From Patescibacteria group bacterium (lineage in GTDB: Bacteria; Patescibacteriota; Patescibacteriia; Patescibacteriales; UBA12075), in assembly GCA_018897195.1 (NCBI GenBank), contig JAHILH010000005.1, forward strand, positions 745 to 64,744: a stretch of 64,000 bases of DNA, in the 5' to 3' direction. Positions within the stretch are counted from its first letter, which is position 1. Every line of letters begins with the position of its first letter. This document shows positions 28,824 through 38,991 of this stretch, piece after piece. The notes beneath the pieces were generated by a model that was not told where the DNA came from, searched no databases, and worked only from the letters and a program-made list of their open reading frames with translations. The position numbers were made by a program, and so were the translations under genes.

Positions 28824-29267
28824 ATGAAAAATTTTTTAAAGAAATTCTCAAATAGAAATAATGCACTAGAAGAAATTTACGAAGATGACGATATCGAAAT
28901 GGAGAGTGAAAATGACAATTGGCTCAATGACGCCGAAGAAGGACAACTATCTATTGATGTTTATCAAACTCCAAAAGAAATTATTATCAAATCAACCATC
29001 GCCGGTGTTAAACCAGCTGATATCGATATTGCAATCAATAATGACATGTTAACCATTCGAGGCAAGCGAGAAATGGGCAACGAAGTCAAAGATGGCGATT
29101 ACCTATTCCGTGAATGTTATTGGGGTGCTTTTTCCCGTTCAATTATTTTGCCAGTGGAGATTCAAGCTGAGAAAATCGACGCATCATTGGAAAACGGCGT
29201 TCTAACCGTTGTCCTGCCAAAAGCAAAACCCGCTAAAGAAATTTCAATCAGAGTTAAAGGAAACTAA
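28824..29267 (+). CDS. Hsp20/alpha-crystallin small heat-shock protein
   Basis: IDVYQT...LTIRGKR...WGAFSRSIILP...ASLENGVLTVVLPK. Confidence 0.93.
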   Translation: MKNFLKKFSNRNNALEEIYEDDDIEMESENDNWLNDAEEGQLSIDVYQTPKEIIIKSTIAGVKPADIDIAINNDMLTIRGKREMGNEVKDGDYLFRECYWGAFSRSIILPVEIQAEKIDASLENGVLTVVLPKAKPAKEISIRVKGN

Positions 29268-29271
29268 TAAT

Positions 29272-29490
29272 ATGGAAGAAAAAATTACAATTGATCGTTT
29301 TGAAGACGACAAGGCTGTACTCAAAACCAGCGATAACAAAACCATAATTTGGCCAACCAAAAAATTACCCGAGAATATCAAAGAGGGCGATGTTTTGTTA
29401 TTTACCATTCAAACTGAAAACGAAAAAACCATCAGAAATAAAGAATTGGCCAAAACTATTTTAAATGAAATTTTAAATCCTACAGAATAA
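29272..29490 (+). CDS. DUF3006-family protein
   Basis: IDRFEDDKAVL...LPENIKEGDVL. Confidence 0.85.
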   Translation: MEEKITIDRFEDDKAVLKTSDNKTIIWPTKKLPENIKEGDVLLFTIQTENEKTIRNKELAKTILNEILNPTE

Positions 29491-29499
29491 AACGAAATT

Positions 29500-31431
29500 T
29501 TGAAATATTTATTCAAAATTCAATCCGCCGCGGCGGACAAAATTCGCAACATGTTCCTATTTCACGAAAAATATAAACACCACTATAAATGGCTGAGCGT
29601 TCTCTCTGTCATTTTTTTTACAATCATTGTGGCTGTTTTAACAACCTATTCTGTTTTTGAAAAAAAATATCAAAACCGAATTTATCCCGGTGTTTTTTTG
29701 GGCACCACTAATCTTAGCGGCTTATCAAAAAATGATGCTGCGGCTTTAATTAATCAAAAAATTGATCAGATAAATCAAGATGGTATTGTTTTCTATTACC
29801 GTACCGACAACGCCCCGCTTTATCCCCTCATCTCCTCAATAGAGGGCGATTTAGCTTATCAAATTATTTATTTTGACACGGAAAAGACTGTTAACTCGGC
29901 AATTAACTATGGCCGTAACGGGAAATTTTATAACAATCTCTTAGAAAAAATTACCGCCCTGAGTTATAAATACCAAATTGCCATGGACTACACTATTTAT
30001 GAGCAAGAAGTTGAAAAATTCCTAAATGACAATTTCAAAAGATTCGAAACACCGGCTAAGAACGCTGAGCTTATTTATAAATTAAACAAAAATGATAAAA
30101 CCGTTACTTTCGATATCAAGGATGAGACTTATGGGCAAATTATCAACATTGCCCAAGCTAAAACCACTCTACGCGATAGACTAAACACTCTCAACCAAGA
30201 ACCAATTGAGCTTAGTGCTGAAATTAACTACCCGCAAATAAACAAAACTGATGTCCTAAACATTGAGACGATGGCGCAAAAATTTTACAGCAAAGTGCCT
30301 ATTACTTTAAAATACAATATCAAAAAATGGACATTGGACGCAGACGATGTTTTAGCCTGGCTGCAACTAAAACTTGACCAAGAAGCAAAAGAAAAAAAAG
30401 TCTTCATAGGCCTAAACTCCGACAAAATTAAAGATTATCTCAAAACAACCATCGCTTCAAAAATAGACAAAGAAGCAATTGATCCCAAATTCAATATCGA
30501 AAATGGCAAAGTATCTGAATTTCAAACCGGACAAGAAGGTATCGCTCTTGATATTGAGGCAACAGCCAAAAAGATTGAATTCTTTTTAAACAGCGACGAA
30601 GAAAACAAAGAGCTTGAAGTTATCACTGAAATAAAAAAATCCCTATCAGCTGTCGAAATTGAAAATCTTGGCATCAAGGAATTACTCGGCACTGGTCATT
30701 CAAAATTTACCGGTTCACCCAAAAATAGAATTCACAACATCAAGACTGGGGCCAATGCTGTCAACGGCACCATTATCAAACCAGACGAAGAATTCTCCCT
30801 CATTGCCACACTTGGTAAGATAGACAAAGACTCTGGCTATTTACCAGAGTTGGTTATCAAAGACAACAAAACCGTTCCAGAATATGGCGGCGGTCTTTGC
30901 CAAGTCGGCACCACAATCTTTCGAGGCACCGTTGATACTGGGCTACCGGTCACTGCACGCCGTAATCACTCCTATCGTGTCTCCTATTACGAACCAGCCG
31001 GCACTGATGCAACAATCTATGACCCTTGGCCAGATTACCGATTTCAAAACGACACCAATAATCACATCTTAATTTTATCAAGAATGGAAGGCTATGATTT
31101 ATATTTTGATTTCTGGGGCACAAAAGATGGTCGTATCGCTACTTCCACCTACCCCACAATCTACAACATCGTCAAACCGGCACCAACTAAAATAATCGAA
31201 ACGGCCGACCTTGGGCCCGGAGAGAAAAAGTGCACAGAACACGCCCACAATGGCGCTGACGCCTATTTCGACTATAAAGTCACCTATCCCCTCCTAGGCA
31301 CTTCTACTGAGCCAGTGGTCAAGAACACGCGTTTCCGCTCACACTACGTTCCATGGCAGGAAGTTTGCTTAGTTGGCATTGATACCAACAAAAACAAGGC
31401 CACTTCAACTGAAACGACTATAAAAAAATAA
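29500..31431 (+). CDS. VanW-family protein with putative peptidoglycan-binding domains
   Basis: NRIHNI, GGGLCQVGTT, RRNHS, DATIY motifs; N-terminal TM. Confidence 0.9.
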   Translation: MKYLFKIQSAAADKIRNMFLFHEKYKHHYKWLSVLSVIFFTIIVAVLTTYSVFEKKYQNRIYPGVFLGTTNLSGLSKNDAAALINQKIDQINQDGIVFYYRTDNAPLYPLISSIEGDLAYQIIYFDTEKTVNSAINYGRNGKFYNNLLEKITALSYKYQIAMDYTIYEQEVEKFLNDNFKRFETPAKNAELIYKLNKNDKTVTFDIKDETYGQIINIAQAKTTLRDRLNTLNQEPIELSAEINYPQINKTDVLNIETMAQKFYSKVPITLKYNIKKWTLDADDVLAWLQLKLDQEAKEKKVFIGLNSDKIKDYLKTTIASKIDKEAIDPKFNIENGKVSEFQTGQEGIALDIEATAKKIEFFLNSDEENKELEVITEIKKSLSAVEIENLGIKELLGTGHSKFTGSPKNRIHNIKTGANAVNGTIIKPDEEFSLIATLGKIDKDSGYLPELVIKDNKTVPEYGGGLCQVGTTIFRGTVDTGLPVTARRNHSYRVSYYEPAGTDATIYDPWPDYRFQNDTNNHILILSRMEGYDLYFDFWGTKDGRIATSTYPTIYNIVKPAPTKIIETADLGPGEKKCTEHAHNGADAYFDYKVTYPLLGTSTEPVVKNTRFRSHYVPWQEVCLVGIDTNKNKATSTETTIKK

Positions 31432-31488
31432 AATTTAGCAAAATAAAAAACCCAATCACTCTCACTGATTGGGTTTTGCTTTTTTGAA

Positions 31489-31677
31489 TCATGACTGATT
31501 CCTCACGCACTTAATATTCAACGAAACAGTAACTCGTTTTCCATCCGCGGTTTTATGCCTGATATTAATCGCATCGATACTAAATTTATTTTCTTTTTCA
31601 AAGTGTTTAAGAAGCTCAAGAATGTCGCGTTCAAGCTTTCTTGTTTGCTCTCGATGCTCTTCGGAATTTATAGTCAT
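31489..31677 (-). CDS. Small hypothetical protein
   Basis: ATG 31677 with GGAGG SD; 62 aa. Confidence 0.6.
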   Translation of the reverse strand: MTINSEEHREQTRKLERDILELLKHFEKENKFSIDAINIRHKTADGKRVTVSLNIKCVRNQS

Positions 31678-31715
31678 TGCCGACACCTCCAATTTATTAG
31701 TATTAATTCTTAGTT

Positions 31716-31893
31716 AAAAAAAAGACCAACTTAAGTGGGCAGGCAAGAAATTTCTGCTAGGTATTCCCGAGCCAATTGCAGTAAATAATTTTTATCTTAC
31801 TTACTTCAATTGGCCCATAAAACCCTAACATTAAATCCCCATGCTTGTCGTGCCTAACCCACTCAAAATGGCCTTCCATCCTTTTTTTGATTA
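31716..31893 (-). ncRNA. Candidate rod-shaped ncRNA (6S RNA-like)
   Basis: Long imperfect duplex with central asymmetric bubble; consensus promoter upstream; T8 at the 3' end. Confidence 0.55.
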
Positions 31894-31900
31894 ATAAAGT

Positions 31901-31929
31901 AATATATCACACCCAGAGAAAAATGTCAA
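31901..31929 (-). promoter_or_regulatory. Sigma70-type promoter for the rod RNA
   Basis: TTGACA-17 bp-TATATT with extended TG. Confidence 0.7.
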
Positions 31930-32049
31930 TAGCTATCCCACAAAACTGAGTCTTAATTGCTAATATTAAATAAAAAAATACGACCAGAAAAGGTCGTTTT
32001 TAGCAAATAAAAAAAAGAAATTATTGCTAATTTCTTTTTTTATTTAAAA

Positions 32050-32538
32050 TTACAATTTTAACAAGCGCGCCAATCCCTCAGACAAGGGCAAATCAGTTCT
32101 TTCTAAATCCTCGTGCAAATATCTTAACAAATATTCGCGTATTGCAATTGGGTCCATTCCGTCTAATTGTACAGAAATTCGATGTTTTATGCCACTTTTG
32201 AACTCAAAATACAGATTTCGCACTTCCTGCTTCGGCTTATAGAGAACTGAAAAATTCTTTAATTCATCATAGTCATAGAATTTTCGCCCCACGATCACGC
32301 CTTCATCGGTCAAAGTTATATTTATCATCATCGGCTCCTGACCATGATTTAAGACATATAGCAAGACTGCAATAATGACAATTACGGCAAAAAGAAAGTC
32401 GTGAGTTAAAAAAGAAAAAACCAGAAAACCTAAAGCCACCAAACCGGCAATGATATACCAATTTTGAGATCGTTCATAGGCAATATATTCAGGCACATGC
32501 CAAGAAATCACCTCCTCTTTTTTTTCATTATTTTCCAT
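32050..32538 (-). CDS. Conserved hypothetical membrane protein (two TMs plus PH-like domain)
   Basis: W-x-x-PEY...WY, two TMs, beta-rich C-terminus. Confidence 0.75.
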   Translation of the reverse strand: MENNEKKEEVISWHVPEYIAYERSQNWYIIAGLVALGFLVFSFLTHDFLFAVIVIIAVLLYVLNHGQEPMMINITLTDEGVIVGRKFYDYDELKNFSVLYKPKQEVRNLYFEFKSGIKHRISVQLDGMDPIAIREYLLRYLHEDLERTDLPLSEGLARLLKL

Positions 32539-32695
32539 TTTTTTAAATATTTTTAAATATTTGACTTTTTTCTGAATATTTTATATATTTATTATAGCAA
32601 TATTTATATATCTCGTAAATAGGTGTATAAATAGAAGCAGTCTAGATATGCAATAATCTATATATCTAGTTATTTTTTTTATTGCAAAGTTTTTT

Positions 32696-32785
32696 GGAGA
32701 GATGGCTGAGTGGCTTAAAGCAACGGATTGCTAATCCGTCGTACGGGTTTATCCCGTACCGAGGGTTCAAATCCCTCTTTCTCCG
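32696..32785 (+). tRNA. tRNA-Ser(GCT)
   Basis: Long variable arm; ACGGA-TTGCTAA-TCCGT. Confidence 0.95.
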
Positions 32786-32815
32786 CAGAAAAAAATAAAA
32801 ATCAAAATTAATTTC

Positions 32816-32902
32816 GGAGGGGTGCTAGAGCGGTTTAATAGGACAGTCTTGAAAACTGTTGAACCTTCACGGGTTCCGAGAGTTCGAATCTCTCCTCCTC
32901 CG
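32816..32902 (+). tRNA. tRNA-Ser(TGA)
   Basis: Long variable arm; ACAGT-CTTGAAA-ACTGT. Confidence 0.95.
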
Positions 32903-32951
32903 CACTTGTAAAAAACTCCGCTACGTTGCGGATTTTTTTACAAAACGAATA

Positions 32952-33023
32952 GCTTTCGTAGTTCAGTGGATAGAACATGGGATTGCGGTTCCCAGGACTT
33001 AGGTTCGATTCCTAACGAAAGCA
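32952..33023 (+). tRNA. tRNA-Arg(GCG)
   Basis: TGGGA-TTGCGGT-TCCCA anticodon arm; A20 in D-loop. Confidence 0.92.
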
Positions 33024-33024
33024 C

Positions 33025-33086
33025 AAAGCACAAAATGCAAAGAGTGAGTCGCTGCTGCGATTCGCTTCTTGCATTTTGTGCTTTTT
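33025..33086. terminator. Long hairpin terminator
   Basis: AAAGCACAAAATGCAA...TTGCATTTTGTGCTTT followed by T-tract. Confidence 0.8.
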
Positions 33087-33643
33087 TATTTCAACAACAA
33101 CATCATCGCCTCATATTTCGGTTTAATAATTTCCTTACTCTTATCAAAATGCAACTGCTGCCATTTGTTTTCCAATTTAGTTCGCACCGACTCCTTCGCC
33201 TCAGATTGAGTTAAATTTTCGTAAACAAAAGCGGCCTTAAAGATGCCGGCTAGATTTTCAAAACTACTCAAGACATCCGCTTCCGCTATTATCTTTTCCT
33301 CGACACTATCGCAAGTATTATGTTGAGAGCCACGATGATTTAGAATACACTTTTTTATCAATGCTATCTTTTCAGCGGGATATCCTAGCTCGGTTAATTT
33401 TTCTTCAGCAACCTTCGCTCCGGTAATATGGTGGTCATCTCGTCCATAGATAATAGACCCGATATCATGCAACCAAGCAGCAATCAAAATCACCTCCTTA
33501 TCCCCGCCAAGTTCATCAGCCAATCTGCCGGCATACTGAACAACGGGCACAAAGTGGTGCGGGAACGGTTCGTAGCCATATTTACTACTCGGCTTCAAAC
33601 ATTCAGCCTCAACAAAATTTTTAATTTCTGTAATTATATTCAT
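33086..33643 (-). CDS. HD-domain phosphohydrolase
   Basis: H...LHDIG...HH...H...EAD motifs. Confidence 0.88.
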   Translation of the reverse strand: MNIITEIKNFVEAECLKPSSKYGYEPFPHHFVPVVQYAGRLADELGGDKEVILIAAWLHDIGSIIYGRDDHHITGAKVAEEKLTELGYPAEKIALIKKCILNHRGSQHNTCDSVEEKIIAEADVLSSFENLAGIFKAAFVYENLTQSEAKESVRTKLENKWQQLHFDKSKEIIKPKYEAMMLLLK

Positions 33644-33651
33644 AAATAAAT

Positions 33652-34857
33652 TTATAAGTATTTCCGCCCCCTCAATTCATCCGGCAAATACTCTTGCTTC
33701 TCACTATAATTATGATCTGGCGAATATTTATAATCTTTACCATAACCTAGCTCCTGCATTAATTTTGTCGGGGCATTGCGGATGTGCATCGGCACGGGCA
33801 AGGCGCCGTGATTACGAACATCGTCGGCAGCTTTTTTGTAGCCGGTGTAGAGACTATTTGACTTAGCACATTTAGACATATAAACAACCGCTTGGGCGAG
33901 AACGACATTGCACTCAGGCATTCCCATGAAGTGACAAGCGTTGTAAGTGGCAACGGCTTGCTCTAGAGCTCGTGAATTAGCTAATCCGATATCTTCTGAT
34001 GCGAAGCGAACAAGGCGTCGTGCGAGATAGAGCGGCTCTTCACCAGCTTCTAACATTCTTGCCAACCAATAGAGCGCCGCGTTCTCATCGGAACCGCGCA
34101 TAGACTTATGGAGAGCGGAAATAATATTGTAATGTTCTTCCCCGTTCTTATCATACAACAAGTGGGTTTTCTGAAACGCTTGTTTAATCGTTACTAAGCT
34201 AATTTTCTCACTAATCGAACTAGCAAACTCCAAAATATTTAAAGCCGTACGCGCATCACCATTACTCATCTGCGCCAAAGCCTCACGCGCTTCCGGCTCA
34301 ATCTCAATCTTCAATTCACCCAAACCATTTTCCTTGTCACCTATCGCCTTATCAATTATTTTCAAAATCTCATCCTTGTGCAAAGTCTCCAAAACAAAAA
34401 CCCGACAACGGCTCAATAGCGCGTTTCGGATTTCAAAACTAGGATTTTCAGTTGTTGCACCAATCAAAATAATCAAACCATTTTCAATATGTGGCAACAG
34501 TGCATCTTGTTGCGACTTATTCCAACGATGAATCTCGTCCACAAACAGAATTGTCTTTTTTCCCTCAATCTCATTCGACTTCGCCTCCCGCACCACCTCA
34601 CGCAACTCCTTCATACCGCTCGTGACAGCGCTCAAACGTAAAAACTCGGAGTTGGTCTGCTTAGCTACAATAAAAGCCAAGGTGGTCTTCCCAGTCCCAG
34701 GTGGTCCCCAAAAGACAAGAGACGGCAACTTATCCGCCATAATCGCCTGTCGCAAGATGGTCCCTTCACCAATTACCTTAGCTTGGCCAAAAAAATTGTC
34801 CAAAGTTAGTGGTCGCATTCGATCAGCCAGGGGTTTTTTGTTTAATTTATCAGTCAT
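33652..34857 (-). CDS. rarA: Replication-associated recombination protein A (RarA/MgsA)
   Basis: PLADRMRP, GPPGTGKTT, VDEIHR, ISALHKSMRGSD, ASEDIG. Confidence 0.95.
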   Translation of the reverse strand: MTDKLNKKPLADRMRPLTLDNFFGQAKVIGEGTILRQAIMADKLPSLVFWGPPGTGKTTLAFIVAKQTNSEFLRLSAVTSGMKELREVVREAKSNEIEGKKTILFVDEIHRWNKSQQDALLPHIENGLIILIGATTENPSFEIRNALLSRCRVFVLETLHKDEILKIIDKAIGDKENGLGELKIEIEPEAREALAQMSNGDARTALNILEFASSISEKISLVTIKQAFQKTHLLYDKNGEEHYNIISALHKSMRGSDENAALYWLARMLEAGEEPLYLARRLVRFASEDIGLANSRALEQAVATYNACHFMGMPECNVVLAQAVVYMSKCAKSNSLYTGYKKAADDVRNHGALPVPMHIRNAPTKLMQELGYGKDYKYSPDHNYSEKQEYLPDELRGRKYL

Positions 34858-35012
34858 ATAGCTATAATATACGCTCTATGTTTGAAAAATGCAATATACA
34901 CAACTTGGCTAATATTAAAAATATTATTAATAATTTCAAAAATTGACAAAATCAAAAATTATGCTAATCTATATAAAATATCAACCCATAAAATTACACC
35001 AGGAGGAGCACC

Positions 35013-35303
35013 ATGGATATCGATCTTTTAAAAAAACTCATTGCAATTATCAAAGACGGAAACTTTCTCAGGGCAGACAATATCACAGTTGTTAATTGTC
35101 TAAAATTACGTTCGCTGTGCCACGTTCTAGCCTCCGAAATGCAAATTGATATCCATATGGAAAAAAGTATTGGTGCAATTGACTATTACAAAATATGTGA
35201 TAATAAAATTGTTACAGAACATAAAGATAATTTAAAAGAGGCGAAAAAAACTGTGAATGACCTCATGACTGTTGCAAGAATGTATATCAAGGAACTCTCA
35301 TAA
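35013..35303 (+). CDS. Hypothetical protein
   Basis: AGGAGG SD, TTGACA...TGCTAATCT promoter-like site, terminator 35326-35360. Confidence 0.65.
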   Translation: MDIDLLKKLIAIIKDGNFLRADNITVVNCLKLRSLCHVLASEMQIDIHMEKSIGAIDYYKICDNKIVTEHKDNLKEAKKTVNDLMTVARMYIKELS

Positions 35304-35399
35304 CAATATCCCAATCATTACGATACCGTTGCACGTCACACTGCAACGGTCTTTTTTTTAAAATCTCGCTTTTTTATTTCAATATGTTAAAATATAAGC

Positions 35400-37553
35400 A
35401 TGCTTACTCTTGATACCAAAATTGAAAACCTTAGCAAGGTTGGCGCAACTACCGCCAAAAGACTTAAAAATATTGGCCTGGAAACAATCCAAGATCTTTT
35501 GTTTTACTTCCCATTTCGTTATGACGATTTTAGTGAGGTCGTTACTATTAAAGATTTGCAACCGAATACGGTCGTTAATATCGTTGGTGAAATTGATTTG
35601 ATTCAAAATAAAAAAAGTCTACGCACCAAGATGAATATTACTGAAGCCTTGGTTAATGACGGGACAGATACGATTAAGGTAATTTGGTTCAATCAACCTT
35701 TTATTGCCAAGACTTTGCATAATGGCGACCGCGTGTCATTGTCTGGCAAAGTAGACGGTGACTTAAATAATCTCACACTCAAATCCCCGAGCTATGAGAA
35801 AATAAATACTCAGCAAACTACGAACACCCAAGGCCTAGTGCCTAACTACCACCTCACCGCCAATATTACCCAGAAACAAATACGCTATTTAATCAAACAA
35901 GCCTTGCCGGCGGTTTATCTTGTTCCCGAGTGGATTCCAATTAATATTATCAAGCGAAACAATTTTATCAGCATTGATGATGCCTTAAAAAATTTACATT
36001 TCCCTAAAACTGAAAAAATGTTAGCAGACGCAAAACGTCGTTTGAGTTTTGATGAATTATTTTTAACCCAATTACAATCACAACTTCTTAAAAAAGAAAT
36101 TACTTTTAATAATGCGCCAGTCATTGAATTTAAAGAGGGGGAAACTAAGGAATTTGTAAAATCACTACCCTTTGAACTAACTGATGCGCAGAAAAAATCC
36201 GCTTGGCAGATCCTTATGGATATGCAAAAAGATAAACCAATGTCACGCTTGCTTGAAGGTGATGTTGGTAGCGGCAAGACAATCACCGCTGTCGTGGCAA
36301 TGTTCAATGTCGCTTTGAATAAATACCAGTCGCTCATTATGGTGCCGACTGAAATTTTGGCTGGACAACATTATAATTCTATTTGCAAAACTTTGAGTAA
36401 TTCCAAGCTGCGCATTGCTCTGTTTACGCGCACCGAGAAGAAAATTAATACAGTCCTGGGTAAGTTGTCTAAGAATAAATTATTGGAAATAATCAAAAAC
36501 GGCGAAGCAGATATTATCATCGGTACCCACGCCTTGATTCAAGAAGATTTCAAGTGTCACAACTTAGGTCTAGCGATTATCGACGAACAACATCGTTTCG
36601 GCGTTGAACAACGCAAAAAATTACTCGCCAAAGCAAACAATAATGCTCCCTCTCCTGGCCAGGAGAGCACCTGTGCTGTGCCTGGCATAAAGGTCGGGGT
36701 GAGGTTGTCACCACAAGCACAATCGCTGTCTCCACATCTACTCTCAATGACAGCAACCCCAATTCCCCGCTCGCTAGCATTGGTTCTATACGGTGAACTC
36801 GATATTTCCATTATCAATGAACTACCAAAAAACCGTAAAAAAATTATCACAAGTCTCGTCTCAGAACAAAATCGCACTGATGCTTATAAATTTATTTACA
36901 AACAAGTCAACGACGGTCGCCAGGTTTTTGTCGTCTGCCCCCTCATTGATCCATCGGATAAAATGGGTGTTAAATCAGTGACCGAAGAATTTAAAAAATT
37001 AAACGAAGTGATATTTCCCGACCTCGAAATCGCGCTCTTGCATGGCAAACTAAAATCTGAAGAAAAAGAGCAAATCATGCAAGATTTTGTCGCCAACAAA
37101 ACCAAAATTCTCGTCTCCACCTCCGTCATTGAAGTCGGTGTCGACGTGCCCAATGCCACCATTATGATGATTGAGGGCGCCGACCGCTTCGGCCTTGCCC
37201 AACTACACCAATTCCGCGGCCGTGTCGGTCGAGGTGCGCACCAATCATATTGCTTCCTATTCAGCGACAGCGACTCGCCAAAGACCAAAGAAAGATTACA
37301 AGCTATGGAGAAGCACCATGACGGTTTTACACTCGCCAAAATCGATCTCAAACAACGCGGTCCTGGTGAAGTATACGGCACTAATCAAAAAGGTTTTCCA
37401 GAATTTAAGATTGCCAATTTATTTGATCACGAATTAATAGAGATTGCCCAGAATGAGGCAGCTAAACTTATAGATGAAAATCCAGAATTAAAAGATTTGC
37501 CAGACTTAAAGGAAAAAATTGAGGACTGGAAAAATAAAATTCATTTGGAATAA
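35400..37553 (+). CDS. recG: ATP-dependent DNA helicase RecG
   Basis: GDVGSGKT, DEQHRFGV, MTATPIPRSL, QLHQFRGRVGRG, RGPGE. Confidence 0.97.
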   Translation: MLTLDTKIENLSKVGATTAKRLKNIGLETIQDLLFYFPFRYDDFSEVVTIKDLQPNTVVNIVGEIDLIQNKKSLRTKMNITEALVNDGTDTIKVIWFNQPFIAKTLHNGDRVSLSGKVDGDLNNLTLKSPSYEKINTQQTTNTQGLVPNYHLTANITQKQIRYLIKQALPAVYLVPEWIPINIIKRNNFISIDDALKNLHFPKTEKMLADAKRRLSFDELFLTQLQSQLLKKEITFNNAPVIEFKEGETKEFVKSLPFELTDAQKKSAWQILMDMQKDKPMSRLLEGDVGSGKTITAVVAMFNVALNKYQSLIMVPTEILAGQHYNSICKTLSNSKLRIALFTRTEKKINTVLGKLSKNKLLEIIKNGEADIIIGTHALIQEDFKCHNLGLAIIDEQHRFGVEQRKKLLAKANNNAPSPGQESTCAVPGIKVGVRLSPQAQSLSPHLLSMTATPIPRSLALVLYGELDISIINELPKNRKKIITSLVSEQNRTDAYKFIYKQVNDGRQVFVVCPLIDPSDKMGVKSVTEEFKKLNEVIFPDLEIALLHGKLKSEEKEQIMQDFVANKTKILVSTSVIEVGVDVPNATIMMIEGADRFGLAQLHQFRGRVGRGAHQSYCFLFSDSDSPKTKERLQAMEKHHDGFTLAKIDLKQRGPGEVYGTNQKGFPEFKIANLFDHELIEIAQNEAAKLIDENPELKDLPDLKEKIEDWKNKIHLE
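36646..36704. repeat. REP-like repeat (family B) inserted in frame in recG
   Basis: CTCCCTCTCCTGGCCAGGAGAG...AGGTCGGGGTGAGG matches intergenic copies at 37573 and 43077. Confidence 0.75.
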
Positions 37554-37572
37554 ATAACAAAGAGACCATAAC

Positions 37573-37698
37573 AGTTCCCTCTCCTTGCCAGGAGAGGGTC
37601 AGGGTGAGGTAGTTTTCTGTGTATAAAACAAAATTATTACATCATACCATCTTCCAACACCCCCTCACCCCGACCCTCTCCCGCTGGGGCGATGGAGA
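37573..37698. repeat. Pair of REP-like repeats (family B at 37573-37612, family A at 37660-37698)
   Basis: AGTTCCCTCTCCTTGCCAGGAGAGGGTCAGGGTGAGGTAG and CCCCTCACCCCGACCCTCTCCCGCTGGGGCGATGGAGA. Confidence 0.85.
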
Positions 37699-37772
37699 CA
37701 TAGCACAAACTTCTTGGAATAATAAAAAGAGCAGAATTAAATCTGCTCTTTTTTAAAATCTCAGTTATTATT

Positions 37773-38915
37773 CTATTCTTTCCCCAACTTCTCCTGCAAC
37801 AACTGATACGCTTTTCGCGCTACATCACGATATTGAAAATTATCCATCGTGAATTGACGAGCATTGCGGCCCATTTCTTCGCGCAATTTATCGTCAGTCA
37901 ATAACATTAAAGTATATTTTGCCAACTCATCGATATTAGCACGATAAGCGAAGACTTTTGGCTCATCAAACTTAATCTTGTGATCAACATCAAAACCCAT
38001 GTGTTCCCAGGCCCATTCTTCGGTCAATGTGACTGTCTCGCCGACCTCAGCCAAGAAACCGGTTTTGCCATGAACAACTGTGTCCACTGGTCCACCAACA
38101 TTGATGGAAATAACTGGCTTACCACATGCTTCCGCTTCCATCTGAATCATACCGAAACCTTCCAATCTGGACGGTGCTGCGTAGATATCGCAGGCGGACA
38201 ATAAATATGGAATGAAATCGTGAGAGAAGGCACCGGAAAGATAAACAATTTTATCTCGATCTAGGCCTAATTCCTCGATTAAGGCTTCTTCTTCTTGGCA
38301 ATGCACCTCAGAAGATTCACTCTCCCAGTGTTTAAGCACATATTTCCAGTCCTTAAATTCTTTATCAATTTTAACTAAAGCTCTGAACATTTCTTGTGCG
38401 CCTTTACTTGTTACATCGCCACCGATTGTCAAAATCATCTTCTCGTGTGGTTGTACGCCCAACATCTCACGGATCTTGGCCACTTTTGGATCACCGGCAA
38501 AAGGCTTCACTTCTTCTGGATCAAAACCAATTGGCAAAGTGACAAAATTCTTTGTATCCACGCCGTCACGTTTATAAGTATCAGTCACCCAATTACTAGT
38601 CGTAAAAACCAAAGGCAAATCACTGATAGCCTTGTGATAATTTGCCACCCAGCCATTCGCCACTAACCACGGCACAGGAATTGATCCGTTATTTTGTGGT
38701 GAAAAAATAATATCCTTGGCATAAGTCCAACAACCAATACCGATAGAAACATCAGGTTGATAAGCGTTGAACATCCATTGCTTTTGGAAGCTTGGTGAAT
38801 AATGAGAAGGCATTACATCAACACCATTCTCTTTCATTCCTCTGTATAATAAATTACCCTGGATGCTAAGTCCATCCGGTTCTGGCGGATAAGCATGTAA
38901 AACTGCAACTTTCAT
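37773..38915 (-). CDS. GT4-family glycosyltransferase
   Basis: KG, PSRLEGFGMIQMEAEACGKPVI, HGKTGFL. Confidence 0.9.
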   Translation of the reverse strand: MKVAVLHAYPPEPDGLSIQGNLLYRGMKENGVDVMPSHYSPSFQKQWMFNAYQPDVSIGIGCWTYAKDIIFSPQNNGSIPVPWLVANGWVANYHKAISDLPLVFTTSNWVTDTYKRDGVDTKNFVTLPIGFDPEEVKPFAGDPKVAKIREMLGVQPHEKMILTIGGDVTSKGAQEMFRALVKIDKEFKDWKYVLKHWESESSEVHCQEEEALIEELGLDRDKIVYLSGAFSHDFIPYLLSACDIYAAPSRLEGFGMIQMEAEACGKPVISINVGGPVDTVVHGKTGFLAEVGETVTLTEEWAWEHMGFDVDHKIKFDEPKVFAYRANIDELAKYTLMLLTDDKLREEMGRNARQFTMDNFQYRDVARKAYQLLQEKLGKE

Positions 38916-38991
38916 AGAATTTTTTTTGCTGATAGTTTGTCTTCCCTCCTGTGAATTTACAAATCTATTACAAATTTACGAATAAATATAT

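Noticed and set aside
32966..33214. 82-aa plus-strand ORF
   Set aside because: Overlaps tRNA-Arg, the terminator and the antisense HD gene
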